Counted from the first letter of the whole stretch, positions 1-12,180 are shown. The stretch is 63,786 bases of DNA, filler included, from Hyphochytrium catenoides (GCA_900088475.1; 6 parts of 6 records of this genome joined end to end with filler, not necessarily neighbours in it), one strand, 5' to 3'. Translations and numbers: made by a program. Notes: generated from the letters alone by a model not told the origin.

Positions 1-734
1 TTCTTTTTCTCTTTCTCTTTCACGAAAATTAATTTCGGGAGTTACCCTACCCATTGAAAATTTGCCGCAAATTCTGTGAGCAAGAGTCAAGTTGCTGCAA
101 GCAATGTTCTTGCAAACAATCGGGTCTGTGAGCTGAAATTTTGGATTCAATCGAATGTACACAATTTCCTTTTGCTTGCTGGAAGCTAAGGGTACGTCTA
201 CCAGTTATGGCCCACCTACCCATTATGGTCCGGCAAGAACGCATTTCGCGAAAAGGGGTATCAACATTTGGTATCTGCACAATTGCGTAGTTGAAGGACG
301 CACATTGTGACGGGTTACAATAATTTGTGAACACTAATCAGAATGAGAAATAGCACAATTCGCAATAAAACGGAGTTCGAGTGATCAAAGGAAAAATCCC
401 CTCCCCAACCCTTCTTATCCCGTTTACTTGCATCATGGCGCCGATGATGATAGGGCGACCACTTTCCGGTTTGAAGTTGTTGAAGAACGACGAGGCAGGT
501 ACTAGAGGGCACTGTTACTACTATCAACGAGGTGGTGGCAGGGGTTGATGATGATCAAAGAATAACTAACCATACACCATCATCATTTTCATTTGAACTT
601 TTTTAAATAAGATTGTCCGTGAGGATAAACAATAAAATAATGATAACAAGAAAGCAACAACAGTGGTGGTAGTCAAAAAAGGGAAAGGAAGAAGTGGCCA
701 ACAACGAACGAGGAGGCCTTGCACTACTACGATC

Positions 735-1650
735 ATGGACGGCACTAATAACAAGCGCAAGAACTGGACTGACGAGGAACACAAAGCAGGAATATAAGCT
801 CCTTTAAAAACGACAAGAAAGTCCTTACGTTCGCAGCGAAAACGTTTGGGCTGCCCAGGTCTACGCTGACAAGGGTTAGGACTAAGGTTATCAACCGGTA
901 GAAGTCGACTGGTATTTGACCCGTTAGCAAAGAAGTAGTTGACCTAGCTGCTGTTTATGGCGAAGAAGACCGAGAGTCTCTGTCCTGTTTGGAAGATTTT
1001 TTCAAGGTAGCTTTGGACCCACTCCCTGTGGACACGCTTGGTTGGCAAGCGTGATCTTCATGCAATGACAAGAGAAGGGAGGATCAACATTAAGGAATGG
1101 CGATCACACCGAATAATCCGAGAGCACGGCAAGGACATGAGAGGAAATCAACAATAGAAGACGAAGAGCAAGAGAGTTTTGGCTGACCAGCCTCCAGACA
1201 GGCTTATAACGCACTTGGACCTAATGGCCTTGGAGCTTAAAAAGTTAGGCAGAGGAAGAGCGCCGCGAGACTTATGATGCAAGCAGAGGATCGCTTGGCC
1301 AAGACAATCCATACTGCATTGGAGGCCAAGGCGAAGCGCCTACTGCGAGAGGAAAAGAGACAAAAGAAGGAGCAGACACGAAAAGAACAAAAGGAGCGGC
1401 GGGCGCTGATGCTAAAAGAGGATCCTCGAGAAAAGAGGAGAGTTCACGAAGCTAGAAAGACGAAGTCGGCGCCTTCCAACAGGCGAAGCCGTAGATGCGC
1501 ACGAGAGCTGCATCGTGGTACTAGACAACGCATCCTCGTTTTGTTCACCTTCTGCTGTAGTGGAGAAGGGTCAACGGAGACGTTATCATCGGTGTGGATC
1601 TTCTTGCGGAGAACATGGTCACAATCGACGACTTGTCCAACGAACTCCTT
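735..1650 (+). mobile_element. Degenerate, internally deleted pogo/Fot1-like (Tc1-mariner superfamily) transposase remnant
   Basis: Manual translation gives MDGTNNKRKNWTDEEHKAGI...FAAKTFGLPRSTL (psq/CENP-B-type HTH). It is followed directly by NR*KSTGI*PVSKEVV (post-DDE 'xxTGIWP' motif), a K/E/R-rich coil and YHRCGSSCGEHGHNRR (C-terminal Zn knuckle). Stops and frameshifts are present and the DDE core is missing. Confidence 0.65.
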
Positions 1651-3388
1651 CTAACGTTCCTCTGAAACACTCCCTAGCTTATTTGAATGATCGCACGGAA
1701 GTAGTAGTACTATCAAGATTATTAGAGAACAACAGGAGATGATGAGTGCACTTGTTGTACTAGCAACTGAAACTGATATGAGCGCAAATACCTTTGCCTG
1801 CAAACGCAATTTTTAATTTCAGCAACGAGGCTTGTTTCAGAGACCTGCTAGAGCGCGACTTGATGATGAGACCTTCCTTGTTGTCAAGGGCATATGACGC
1901 TTGATTACTCATTCAGTGCCCGGACCTGCCTATCTCCCAGGCAACTTCGCGACGAGCTTATCCAGGAGGAAGGCCACTTTGGGAGTACAACTCATCGCAA
2001 GCACGTCAAAAAAACTTTGAGGGCCGCAAACGGACGACTTCTGCTAAAGTGTGGTAGATGTACCCATATAGCCGCTAACGGAAGGCTAAATCTGTCACTC
2101 CCCAGCTTTATGTAACGGACGAAGGCAGCACCTTGGTGGGGCCGTAATTTTGCTTTACAATATCAACATCCACTTCTACAGCACTATAGGACGAAAAGTC
2201 GAAGAGTACCGAAACATCACTCGTCATTGTAATAAGCATCAGCCTAGCAATCGCCAAGTGAAGTAAGTTATCATTCTGGCTGCTTCTTCTTCTTCTCTGG
2301 CTGGCTTGGATGATCAGTGGCAGTTCTTCAATGACGACGACGATCATCATCCCCTTCAGAGTGACGAAACTGTACCGGTACTTCAGTAGGGGTGGGGTAG
2401 TCGAGGTAACTGGACTTCAGAATGAGCGCCTCGAAAGCTTCGGGGGCAAGTTACTATAAACTTTATGCAAGACAAAGCTTGTAGCGCATTGCCACTGAAT
2501 GGCAGGAGCTCGATTGTCCCCTATTCCTCTTAGCAAAGCAGGTCTCTGCTAAATGAGGGCATTAGAAACAGTGATCAACCACAGACAAATAACTTTTGAT
2601 GGGCTAACTGCTCCGGCAAGACTACTTCCTATTCTGGATGCTTGGTATCCCCTCAGCTGTTTCTTTTATTTTATCTTTTTCTTCATACTCTATATACTAA
2701 AATTTGTAAAGTACCAAGTAGCCTATACCATCCAGAAACGTTTCGGAAGAGTGAACCGACAGTCCTTTCCTTGTCATAGCACACTCAGCAGCCTCACCTG
2801 CTGTCAAGTCCCCGACAACATAAAAATATCGCAACTACATGACAGTCGGGGTTAAACTTGGCAAGGCCAGATTCAGATTATCTAGAGCTTCGCACATGCC
2901 TCTATCACTCTATGCCAGCCAACAGTTGTAGAGCACAAAACAGACACAATACTGATACAATAGACAATGTCACTATCTATAAAACGAGACGGGTACCTAT
3001 AACCACATGGTGCTCCTACTAGAGCTAGAGATGGCGCCTGTACTGCACTCACGCGAAGATTAACGAATGAGAAACAACTAACAGGGGCTCTACCACGTGG
3101 ACTGGGAATGTTGGATCCGACATCAAGGGTGGTGTAATATTAAAGCGGCCCGAATAATCTACTCTAAGCCCATTATAACCCGTTCTCCTTGAATTCATCA
3201 TATGCCTTCTTGATATTGCCCTTCAGCGTTGCATCACTCCCCTTGACTTTCACGACCTTAGAGTAGTAAAAGGCACGACCCTCCTTTCTGAGTCGCACTT
3301 GCACCCTTCGCGCTCTTCACGCTACCCACCTCCTTGATTATGTCCATATTCTCTGCCGTCGCATACCTCTCACGAAACTCACGATCTT

Positions 3389-3748
3389 TCACCCACTTCC
3401 ATCCACAAAGTCTGTGATACTTCTCACTTTCTCAGAGCCATCTGTCTCGGGCTTGGTATTCTTCGTGGCACGTTGAGAGGCAACCACGGGCTTGCTCTCA
3501 TCATCGGGCTTGTTGTCATCATTAGTAATCGACCCAGGGGAAGGATTGCTACGGTTAATGTGCCTTTTGGAGTCAGACACCTCTCGCTCTAGTGATGCCA
3601 CTCGTATTTGTAGATCACGAAGTGTAACCACGATCTGGGACACGCCTTCATCTATCTTGTTCGATAGCAAGTCCGTTACGCCCTTGAGATGTGTATCGAA
3701 TGTCGTGTTGAAGCATTCGGAGTTATCTTTTCCAGTACTGGTAGACAT
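3389..3748 (-). CDS. Small hypothetical protein with short coiled coil; may continue by frameshift to about 3173 (RVQVRLRKEGRAFYYSKVVK...AYDEFKENGL*)
   Basis: 119-aa ATG ORF with a heptad-like segment (VVTLRDLQIRVASLEREVSDSK); no family recognised. Confidence 0.35.
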   Translation of the reverse strand: MSTSTGKDNSECFNTTFDTHLKGVTDLLSNKIDEGVSQIVVTLRDLQIRVASLEREVSDSKRHINRSNPSPGSITNDDNKPDDESKPVVASQRATKNTKPETDGSEKVRSITDFVDGSG

Positions 3749-4162
3749 GGTTCGTTTGCTTTTGGGTCGATTCTCCGAAATATTGCTTCACTGCTATTCA
3801 GGCGAGGGTTTAGGCTTGATTGTTGAACGCGACTGTGACGTTCTTAAAAAAGGCCTGGAAACTTGGGAAATGTCTTGTAACACCTCAGTGCAATTCTGTT
3901 GAGCCCTTCTACTAGGAGAGCTGGAAAGGATGGAAAAAAAAATCTGCTGGTGGCCTGGCACAGGAGGTTGTTGTGATCATCAAATACTGGAGTACAAGTA
4001 GTCAGGTGATAAAACAACTGTGTTAAAACGTACCAGGGCAGGCAAAAAATATTGTGTCTCCTCACAACATGGTAGAAACACGAACGAGAACTGATGTTCT
4101 GTGTAACTACTTGAAAGAGAAGTACTTGTACAAAGTTTCTACAAGTTCTGACGAAGCCTTAT

Positions 4163-6402
4163 TTGTCTGGACGACGATGCTCTCTTGCGACAACCATCTC
4201 TTCTGATGCCAAGCAAATATACCTTGGTTATCCAACTTCTGTCCAGTACTACTCAGTTGATGTCTTGTTGGATGCGTTCAGTGCGAAGACGGCATACAAG
4301 TTAACGGCTTTTGCTGACTGGAACGAGGAGAATAGCCGTATGTATGACCTTCAGGTATCGGACACTACGGTAGGCTTGGATTCTGGTCTCCTGTCAACCA
4401 GAAACTTTCTGGCATCTACTAACTGTACAACAAATGAGACAGTCATGAACCTTATCAACGAAAAGAAGAAGATAAGCATCACACCGCTCTTTGTCGGCAC
4501 TATCGCTCTTATCGCCACTTTGGGCAATACCAGCACGGTCACTCTGACTCCGGCCGTGCTGAGTGATATCTATCTTGGGAGGGTTTGGCTATGGAGTGAT
4601 CCCAAAGTTCAAGAGCTGAATCCTGGCACGTTACTCCCAAACGTGAACATCACCCTTGTCTTAGAGGTTGGTGCAAGTGAGATATCGAGGGCCATTTGTA
4701 CCTACCTGTCCGGTATCAGTCGTGACTTCGCCGCTGTTTTTAAGAAAAGCGGGAGTCTTAACCAACTGCGTACCTTTCACCCCCACGTTGTGGAGACACC
4801 TAGCGCCCGTGCTCTGGAAGGGATGGTGAACAGTATGCAAGGCGCCTTAGGGGCCATATGGACGCGGTCAGATTCCTCTTTGCGAAAGAAAACCACGATA
4901 TCGATCGCGGTTGATGATAAGGCAGCACCTCTACAACCTTACCTCTCCGCAATGAACAGATGTATTTCAGGTGCAGGAGTTGATGCTGTGAGAAATCTGT
5001 CGCCCCATGGTCTTATTTTCAATGACCTATCTGTCTACGGCTGTTACCCACTTTCCATTGAGTATAACCTGGTTACGAAGCGTCTTTGGATGGTCGAGGC
5101 CGCAGACACAGCGAGAAAAATGCCTTGTTTATGGACTGGCTAATCAAGACAGATCTCCAACGAAGCTTGGCAACCCTTTCAAAGGGCATGGCAGAGGCTC
5201 TTCTTAGGCCGATCGCTGATAGTGTGTCACTGGGTCAAGCGTCCATCCTGGCTCCCCAGCCACCTTGCAGTAGAAAAGACATGAACTATGCCTTGTCGCA
5301 CTGCAAGGAACAGATCATAACAGTGAGTTTTCGGTGGCTAGGGGATGAAGACAATAGGACCTGCCTTGGTGGACAAGAACTCCTTCCGGTTATGACAATA
5401 CCATGTGAACATGTGGCTGTCTCCTCATCAGTGGGATCCGGAGTCATCGCACTCATCATCGTCTGCATTCTCATCCTCATGCCATTCTTATGGTTTACGT
5501 TCCACTATCGGTACTCCCAAGCTCTTGTCGCCTCACAGGTCAATTTTACACTCCTGTTCATCATATTCGGGGCCATCCTTCTGGTCCTATCGTCCACGTC
5601 GTTGTTGGGTACAAACGATGGAGTCAACTGCGTTCTTCGTCCTTGGACCATCAGCCTCAGCTTCTCAGTCCTATTTGCCCCATTGTTGATGAAGCTCAAG
5701 CGTGTATATACTCTCTTTGGGCAAAAGACTCTGAAACGTGTTGTGGTCTCTAACCTCAAGGTAGCTGGAGAAACGTCAATCTTCCTCTTTGTGGACGTAG
5801 TAATCCTCCTTTCCTGGCAATATGGTTCCAGAATTACTACGATGACAGCACTTGAGTCCATTGACATTGTTGGTGACGTCCCTCGACAAGTATGTGACTA
5901 TGGGTCGGGATCAGGGCTCTATGCCATGCTCTTTTACAAGGCCCTAGTCCTTGGAGTGGGCGTCTTCTATCTTTCCGTGAAGTCGTGGCACATTGTGGAA
6001 GACTACTCCGAGGCCAAACAACTAGCTGTGGGGCTTTATAACGCCATGCTCATGGGTGGGTTGACCCTTTTATTGACCATGGGGATAAGCACTTCTCCGA
6101 CAATCAAAACCATTCTTCTAGCAGTGTCTTGCTGCTTGGTTTCTCTGATATGCATGGTACTGGTTATGACTCCAAAACTTTTCTACCTGTACAAGAATCC
6201 TCAATCTCGGACTTCAACGAAGAAAGCTTCGACCACACCAGGACAGAATGGCAGCGGCTCGCAACCAGGAAGAGGCGGTGCCGCAGATATTAGGGTGCCT
6301 GAAGAACCTCTTCTACCGGTACTATCCGGAAGACCTCTTCTTCTATGGTCCTACCTACGAGTCAAGCTCCCCAAGCCGGAAATTGTCAGCAGGTTAATAT
6401 GA
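4163..6402 (+). CDS. Class C (GABA-B-like, 7tm_3) GPCR with an N-terminal PstS-like periplasmic-binding (type 2) domain; one frameshift near 5085
   Basis: ORF 4163-5143 has TPLFVGTIALI...LTPAVLSDIYLGRVWLWSDPKVQELNPGTLLPNVNITLV and YPLS, matching PstS. ORF 5086-6402 has a Cys-rich linker and then 7 hydrophobic segments with class C motifs CVLRPWTISLSFSVLFAPLLMKLKRVYTLF, YSEAKQLAVGLYN and VMTPK. The frames join if one T is added at cgtctttgga. Confidence 0.8.
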
Positions 6403-6753
6403 GATTGAGTGCTGCTAGTGTGATATCACAGGAGCGAAGCGTGTCATCAGAGAGCACTGTAGCTAATCCGACGGCTCCAATTATCGACTCTTCACAGTTA
6501 GGACATAATGCTTAAAAAATATACTTAAGGAGTCAGCTCACATTGATTTCTTTTTATCGCCTCCGCTAACTCTACTTATCACACTTTGCCCCTCCGCTAA
6601 CTATAGAGCTTATTACACTTTGCCGGCACCAGCTCACCATTAGTAATGTCGTCTGACAAGTCCAGGTACATAGTGCTACCATCAGAGCTTTATGTATTAC
6701 GAAGAAGGCGATACAACCAGCTACTAGGAGTGAATGTTCACTGTTTAACGAGG

Positions 6754-8199
6754 TCAAGTCACAGAAGGAGTTATTTTCTGTAGGTCAAGTCGAGTAAAAT
6801 GTGAAGACCTTCGACGACGTCTCACGAAGCGGTTATACGGATCAATAATAAGCATTCCTATGACCTCCTTATCAACCTCATTCCAAAAGGTACCCTTTAG
6901 ATGGTCGCTATCATCAAAGGCATCCAGGGTCCTTTGGCGAAGGATGGAGCTGATGTTGATCTCGAAGGGAGATCCAGGAAGAATATGCCTTGCTCGAATG
7001 TACCTTGACAGCTTCTTGCGTGACTCCAAGGTAGAACTTTTGAAGCTCTTGCTGCTTCGTAAGTACAAAAGATTCTCCGCACAGAACTCCTGCGTCAAGT
7101 ACGCTTGGAACTTCTGCAGCTCGGACTCATCGGCTTCAAATATGACCTTTCTCAGCTCTTCCAGAGTTTGAATAGCCTGAAAACGTATTCCCAACGGATC
7201 CGTGGAAGAGTTAGACTCTGACGAGACTGACCGTCCCTGAGGAACAGTCAACATTTTCTGGAGACGTAGCAAGGCAGAGTGCTTACGTGCTGCAAACAGC
7301 GATGGGAGAGTCATAGTCCATGTGTACATGTGCAGAAAGAAACTGCAAAAAACAGATCGATACCGACTGCGTTGTAGAGCTCAGCTACATCGTCTGGGAT
7401 GATGCCTCGGGTAGACAGAAGTAGATAACCGTTCCAAATGATGCTAATGCATGCCATCATGGCCACAGAGCGATATATCCTTTGTTTCCAACCAAACTGT
7501 TCCTTGACCGCTATCAAACAAAGAGCAGTAATGACGATGAGCCCTATCGGCGTTACAATGGCATTGTAGCTTTCGTACTGAAGAAACGCGTCTGAGGATA
7601 GAGTGTAGCACACTTCCGCAGACGACGGACCGAACCAGTAAGCTCTAATGCGCAGGGCATGTAGGAAGACAGCACCAAGTAACGGAGGGAAGAATAGCGC
7701 GCCAAGTAGGAAGCCAAACAACGGGGACTTCCAGTACTTTCGCGTCCTTACTACCAATGGTAGCTGCTTTTGAGTACTGGTGTTGCTTCCATCGGACCGA
7801 ATAGAGGTTTGATTGATGGCCTGGAGTTGTTGGTTGTAGGGAAGAGTTTAGGTACACCATCAATACCAGGTAGAGGATCAGAAAGGTCACGGGATACAGA
7901 TGAGCATCCCATAGTAGTAGGAACAGCCAGCACGGAGGATCAAAACTCATGTATCCGCTTCCTCCCAGCCATGTATATATCGTAGGAGGGATGACAACTT
8001 CAGCAGCTATTAGCAATGTCACATCCACACTGTTGATAGGGAAAACTTTGCGGTTCAACCATAGAAGCACAGCTGCTGGGTATGAGATTAGGAAGCATAC
8101 TACCAGCAAAATATGAGAGAGTATGGTAAAGGCCGCCACAGTACTCTTCAGCGCTTGGCATCCTGACCTTTCTTCCTTGTCGGCCCCCAATACATCCAC
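6754..8199 (-). CDS. 7TM-RGS protein (multi-pass membrane domain plus C-terminal RGS domain); two single-base frameshifts (about 7840 and 7350)
   Basis: The C-terminal ORF has RGS hallmarks LQKFQAYLTQEFCAENLLYL, ILPGSPFEINISS and EVIGMLIIDPYNRF. Upstream ORFs 7645-8199 and 7311-7757 are strings of TM helices (NRKVFPI, PCWLFL, KEQFGWK). The frames join at the homopolymers tccctac and ctgttttttgc (minus-strand reading). Confidence 0.8.
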
Positions 8200-8436
8200 A
8201 CCGAAACTGGAGTGTGGGAAATTGGGAAATGGTCAGTTGAAAACTAAGCAATCACCAGAAAAGCTTGGAGTTGTTGGTTTCAGCTGTTGTAAAAAATGGT
8301 CCCCCAGCTGACGATTGAGGGCCCGGCCCATCCATGCAAATCACCAACAAGCTCCATGCATGATGTCCATCCGAGAGAACTGATGTTGAGCAGACCGACC
8401 TACCCGTACCCATAAACCCCCATAGAAATTACACCT

Positions 8437-8460
8437 TGTGAAAGTTTCAAGTTCCCGCAA
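8437..8460. promoter_or_regulatory. E2F/CDE-CHR-like composite motif in the divergent 7TM-RGS / TAF13 intergenic region
   Basis: TGTGAAAGTTTCAAGTTCCCGCAA is 21/24 identical to 17840-17863. It contains TTCCCGC (E2F-like) next to TTCAAG (reverse CTTGAA, CHR-like). Confidence 0.4.
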
Positions 8461-8670
8461 TTTTAAGGTCTACGAGTGGTATCTTGCTGCTTGGCTCAGA
8501 AATGATCGCTCCATCATCTCATCCATCGCAACTTAGCTTTCTGGCAGTATTTCATCGTGAACAGTTTTGCTAGTTGCTGACCGTCCTTGAAGATCTCTTT
8601 TGCAGTGGCAGAGATGGATCTCTTTTGAGGTGCCTCTTCAAGCACAAGAACGACTTAGTGTACAAGCATA

Positions 8671-9384
8671 ATGACGAAGTCAGTGGGCGGATCGAGTGCC
8701 AAACGAAAGCTGGAAGCTGCTGCTATGCCTTCAAAGGGCGGAAAGACATCGCCCCTGAAGCAGCTTTACAAGACTTCGCCAGTGCCCCACACACTTGTCC
8801 AGAGCGTTGGACAGCATAATGCCAGAGAAGGGTCTGAAGTGCCACATTCCACTATCCCTACAGAGATTACTGAAGATCTACCATTTGGCACGTTCCGCAA
8901 CGCAGTCATCACTGAAACCGAGCTAAAGAAAGGTGGCGAGATTCCGCAGACTCTCTTTGAAGCCAAGCAGCACGAACTGGGAGGCGAAGGGACATCCGCA
9001 GCGTATGCTCCATCTTCCACTATTGCACACGCAACCTACAGAAGGCACAGCAGCAGCAACAGCATGCAAGAGTACAAACCGGGAGATCTATTTGAAGATG
9101 CCAAGCTGATGATGTTCGGGTTCGGGGATGATCCGGAACCTTTGAAGGACTCTGTGCAGCTGATGGAGGAACTGGTGGCACACTACATACGCCAAAAGAC
9201 CGCCGAGCTACTGGACGTAGCTCATATTAGAGGACGACTGGACAATGATTGTTTCACATTTCTCATGAGAAAGGATCAGGTGAGGAGCCAGCGCGTATTG
9301 GAACTCAATAAGGCAATGACTACCTTAACCAAGGCAACTGAGAACGGTTTCGATGCAGAAGACGAGTCCAATTTCAGAGGTTAG
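8671..9384 (+). CDS. TAF13: TFIID subunit 13 (TFIID-18kDa histone-fold family)
   Basis: LFEDAKLMMFGFGDDPEPLKDSVQLMEELVAHYI...RGRLDNDCFTFLMRKD is the TAF13/SPT3 signature. A single fold and short length favour TAF13. Confidence 0.85.
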   Translation: MTKSVGGSSAKRKLEAAAMPSKGGKTSPLKQLYKTSPVPHTLVQSVGQHNAREGSEVPHSTIPTEITEDLPFGTFRNAVITETELKKGGEIPQTLFEAKQHELGGEGTSAAYAPSSTIAHATYRRHSSSNSMQEYKPGDLFEDAKLMMFGFGDDPEPLKDSVQLMEELVAHYIRQKTAELLDVAHIRGRLDNDCFTFLMRKDQVRSQRVLELNKAMTTLTKATENGFDAEDESNFRG

Positions 9385-9485
9385 TAGTACTTAAAGCGCC
9401 CTAGGCGATATCGAATGCTAGTTCTCCAGATGCCAGACCAGGAGGATACTCTTTTGACTGATACGACTGGGCTTCCTTACTAGGT

Positions 9486-10388
9486 TCACGTAAGTAAAGA
9501 GAGAAACATGTTATCGATCGCTTTGACACTAGGAGCACTCTGGCTGGGGAGGACAAAGCCTGCCACCTCTGCGGGCAAGTGGAAAGGCTCTACTGAGTCA
9601 TAGTTGAGAGACAACGTGTAAGACGTCGGCTCAGAGTTGGGGTTAAGCATAGACAATTGGAAGGTGGAACTCAATTGTGGGTTTGGCACCGTAAACGCTA
9701 AGAGCTGGTCGCCAGAGACGGCAGAAACCGGGGAAGGTTTATTATAACCTTCTATCTTTCTCTTCTTGATGATGTTCTTTGCAGCTTTGGCTCCTTCATA
9801 GGTCTGTTTCTGTTGCGTCTCTTTCTTGTTGTTGTGCTTAACCTCATCAAACAAGTCTTCCGCTACGTTTGAGAGAAGTGTGAGGTCCTCGTTGGCTAGA
9901 AGTGGCAACTCATCGTCACATACTGCAGGACCGCCCTGCCCAGACGTAGTAGATTGAGTACTCAGTTCAGTAGGACTTGAAGTAGACAGCCTGGGATCGG
10001 GGGTAGAGACTATCGCATCGGTGCAATTCTCTTTATTGGTAGCTCTTGACTGTAAGGTCGCTTGTTCGTCCTTGTCTGCGGCCGTCACTCCGCAGGCTGG
10101 TCTGGGTCCTTGACTAGAGCAGCCTTGTTGTAGCTGTAGCTTCCCAATGGTGTGTTCCATGGCTTCAACCATCTGCAATGTCTTGTTAAGGACCTCTAAC
10201 TGAGTACGATGATAACCGTAACCCGCTTCCTCTACTTTAGTCCTGAGACTCGCAAATGCCTCCCTGATCAATCTACATCTCTCGCGCTCTAAGAGATTAT
10301 GCTCAATTCGCTTACGTTGGCTTGGTTCTTCGTCAATAATGTGGCGGTGATCGCCAAGGGTATCGATCTCAGACTGGCCTGATGACAT
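9486..10388 (-). CDS. bHLH(-ZIP) transcription factor, Myc/Max/Mad-like basic region
   Basis: RKRIEHNLLERERCRLIREAFASLRTKV...TQLEVLNKTLQMVEAMEHTIGKLQ gives an H-N-x-x-E-R basic region, helix-loop-helix and short zipper. Confidence 0.8.
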   Translation of the reverse strand: MSSGQSEIDTLGDHRHIIDEEPSQRKRIEHNLLERERCRLIREAFASLRTKVEEAGYGYHRTQLEVLNKTLQMVEAMEHTIGKLQLQQGCSSQGPRPACGVTAADKDEQATLQSRATNKENCTDAIVSTPDPRLSTSSPTELSTQSTTSGQGGPAVCDDELPLLANEDLTLLSNVAEDLFDEVKHNNKKETQQKQTYEGAKAAKNIIKKRKIEGYNKPSPVSAVSGDQLLAFTVPNPQLSSTFQLSMLNPNSEPTSYTLSLNYDSVEPFHLPAEVAGFVLPSQSAPSVKAIDNMFLSLLT

Positions 10389-11327
10389 GGCAATTATGAG
10401 CTCTACAACCGCCCTAATACGCGCTTTGAGTGGGCAGCTTATATGTTAGGTTGTGGTAGCGAAGAGGTCTAGGAAGGATTTACGTATATGATGCTGCATA
10501 TCTCGGTCCATCTTCGCGAAAGGGCAAGTACAATCTGGATTGGTCTTGACTGCACACCAGAGGCCTTGCTATTAGTATTCTGCAGAAGGTTCTTGGGGAG
10601 TGAAGCCTAGAGAAGTCCAGAAAGGGGGTGTTGGGGTGGGAGGAGGTGATAGCTGCGTATCTCTGCGGTCAACAGGAGATAGTATACTCTTACCGCTAGA
10701 TCACTGGCTTCGTAGCCGCCCAATCTTACCACTGATGATAAGCTCGTTCCCTTACAAAGATCAGGTGATCCATGTCCTCTCCGCTTCTTCTGGCGTCATG
10801 TGCTCCAACTGCCTATTATGTCTTGCACGCATGAAGGTGGTGATGCAAAAGGCCTTTCGTTAATGGAGAATTTTCTAGAAGGTTGAGGTGTGAGGGTCCT
10901 TTGGGACTTCTTATTACCAGTGTTGGTCGCTGCTAGATTTGTTCTATAAGTTCGGTTGGCGGGATATATTCGGGGCAGTATCCTCCAAGTTGCGGGGTGA
11001 TAGTCGGTTTCCCAGCAATGTCTTGTAGGAGCCTTTATCTCTTAGTCTGTATTGAGCGGAATTATACATCGAAGCCTCAGCCGCCGTACAGTATTTCTGG
11101 GGGCTTTTTTGCTTGTCGAACGAATGCGGGGCGTTTGTGAAGACATCTTTTGGTGTTCTTTCCAGGTGGTTGTGGGTGATCTTTGAACCTATGGCCCAAA
11201 TGCGACAGATGATGAAATAATGCTTACTGTAGAAAACTGAGGAAATCGGGGTTGTGTGGGCTATCGTCTATCACCAAAGAATCGAGCTGGCAGGCGACAG
11301 ACCACCCAGCCTCGAATGTTGCGTTTT

Positions 11328-12180
11328 CTATAGTCTATATTCCTTGTGCATCAGCAAGACTGCATCGGAGTGGGCAGCTCGGTGGGTAGCCATTCTACAA
11401 GTACAAGTACTTAATAATGTAGTACCTCCTTCCACGTCGTCCCTCATCAGGCATCGGAGGAAGGCCCTTGTATTGAGAGAGTAATGCTCTTCTTCACTCC
11501 TTCGATACCGAGCCACCTGCTGATGAATAGCCTCAATGTTCCTGAGTACGAAAAAGTAAATGTTCACTTGATCCTTAGGTAGACCACCAATGTTTCCTGG
11601 CCAAAATAGTGTTTCCCTTCTTGAGGACCCTTTGAACCCCACCAATTGATGCTCGATTTGATAAAAGCGTAATAAACGACCGCTAATGGCTTCTCTTTTG
11701 CCATAATGACTTGACCACTGTCCGTCCGCAACAGGCATGAATCCCCAGATATCTGCACACGGGTCTTCATACTCCGCCTGGAAACACAGAAGGGGATACA
11801 GAGCCGACAGTCGCTGGAGCCATGTAGCTGGAAACCGACCCTTATACCTAAAGTGAAGCTCTGCTGCATGGCGTTGTAAGAGGTCACTATCCACCTTCAA
11901 TTCCACCTCCTCGTAAGCTTCTCCCCCTGGAGTACCCCAATGCTGTCCCTGCCAAGTAATCTTCTGTTCTTAGACAGACCGTCAGGGCATGGCACCTCTT
12001 GCCCGAAGAAAGACGCCTCTGGATCAGCAGTGCGTTCGACGTAAGAGTTGTCATCGTGAGCCTCATCTCTTGGAGGTTGTCAAGGTCAAAGCCTTGCTTA
12101 CGTAGTATAAGTTCTAGGCTTGCTTTCGCTTCTTGCAAAATTCCCTCTCGGAGTATGATGACAAAACCACGCTGAGGCAA
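11328..12180 (-). CDS. Api92/YubB-like (DUF1281-type) ferredoxin-like domain protein, frameshifted
   Basis: Stitched frames read ...SFFGQEVPCPDGLSK/QKITWQGQHWGTPGGEAYEEV...ELHFRYKGRFPATWLQRLSALYPLLCFQAEYEDPCADIWG. This resembles the family pattern F..xVPxP...W...WGT...F.....P..W...L...YP.L.F...Y.EP...G. Confidence 0.55.

Noticed and set aside
895-925. Alternative genetic code (TGA/TAG read as Trp)
   Set aside because: It is seen only in a decayed transposon. Intact genes use TGG for Trp and end in TGA or TAG.
5080-5110. Ultra-short intron explaining the GPCR frameshift
   Set aside because: The candidate GTCGAGGCCGCAG (13 nt) gives the wrong frame; a one-base homopolymer indel explains the shift.
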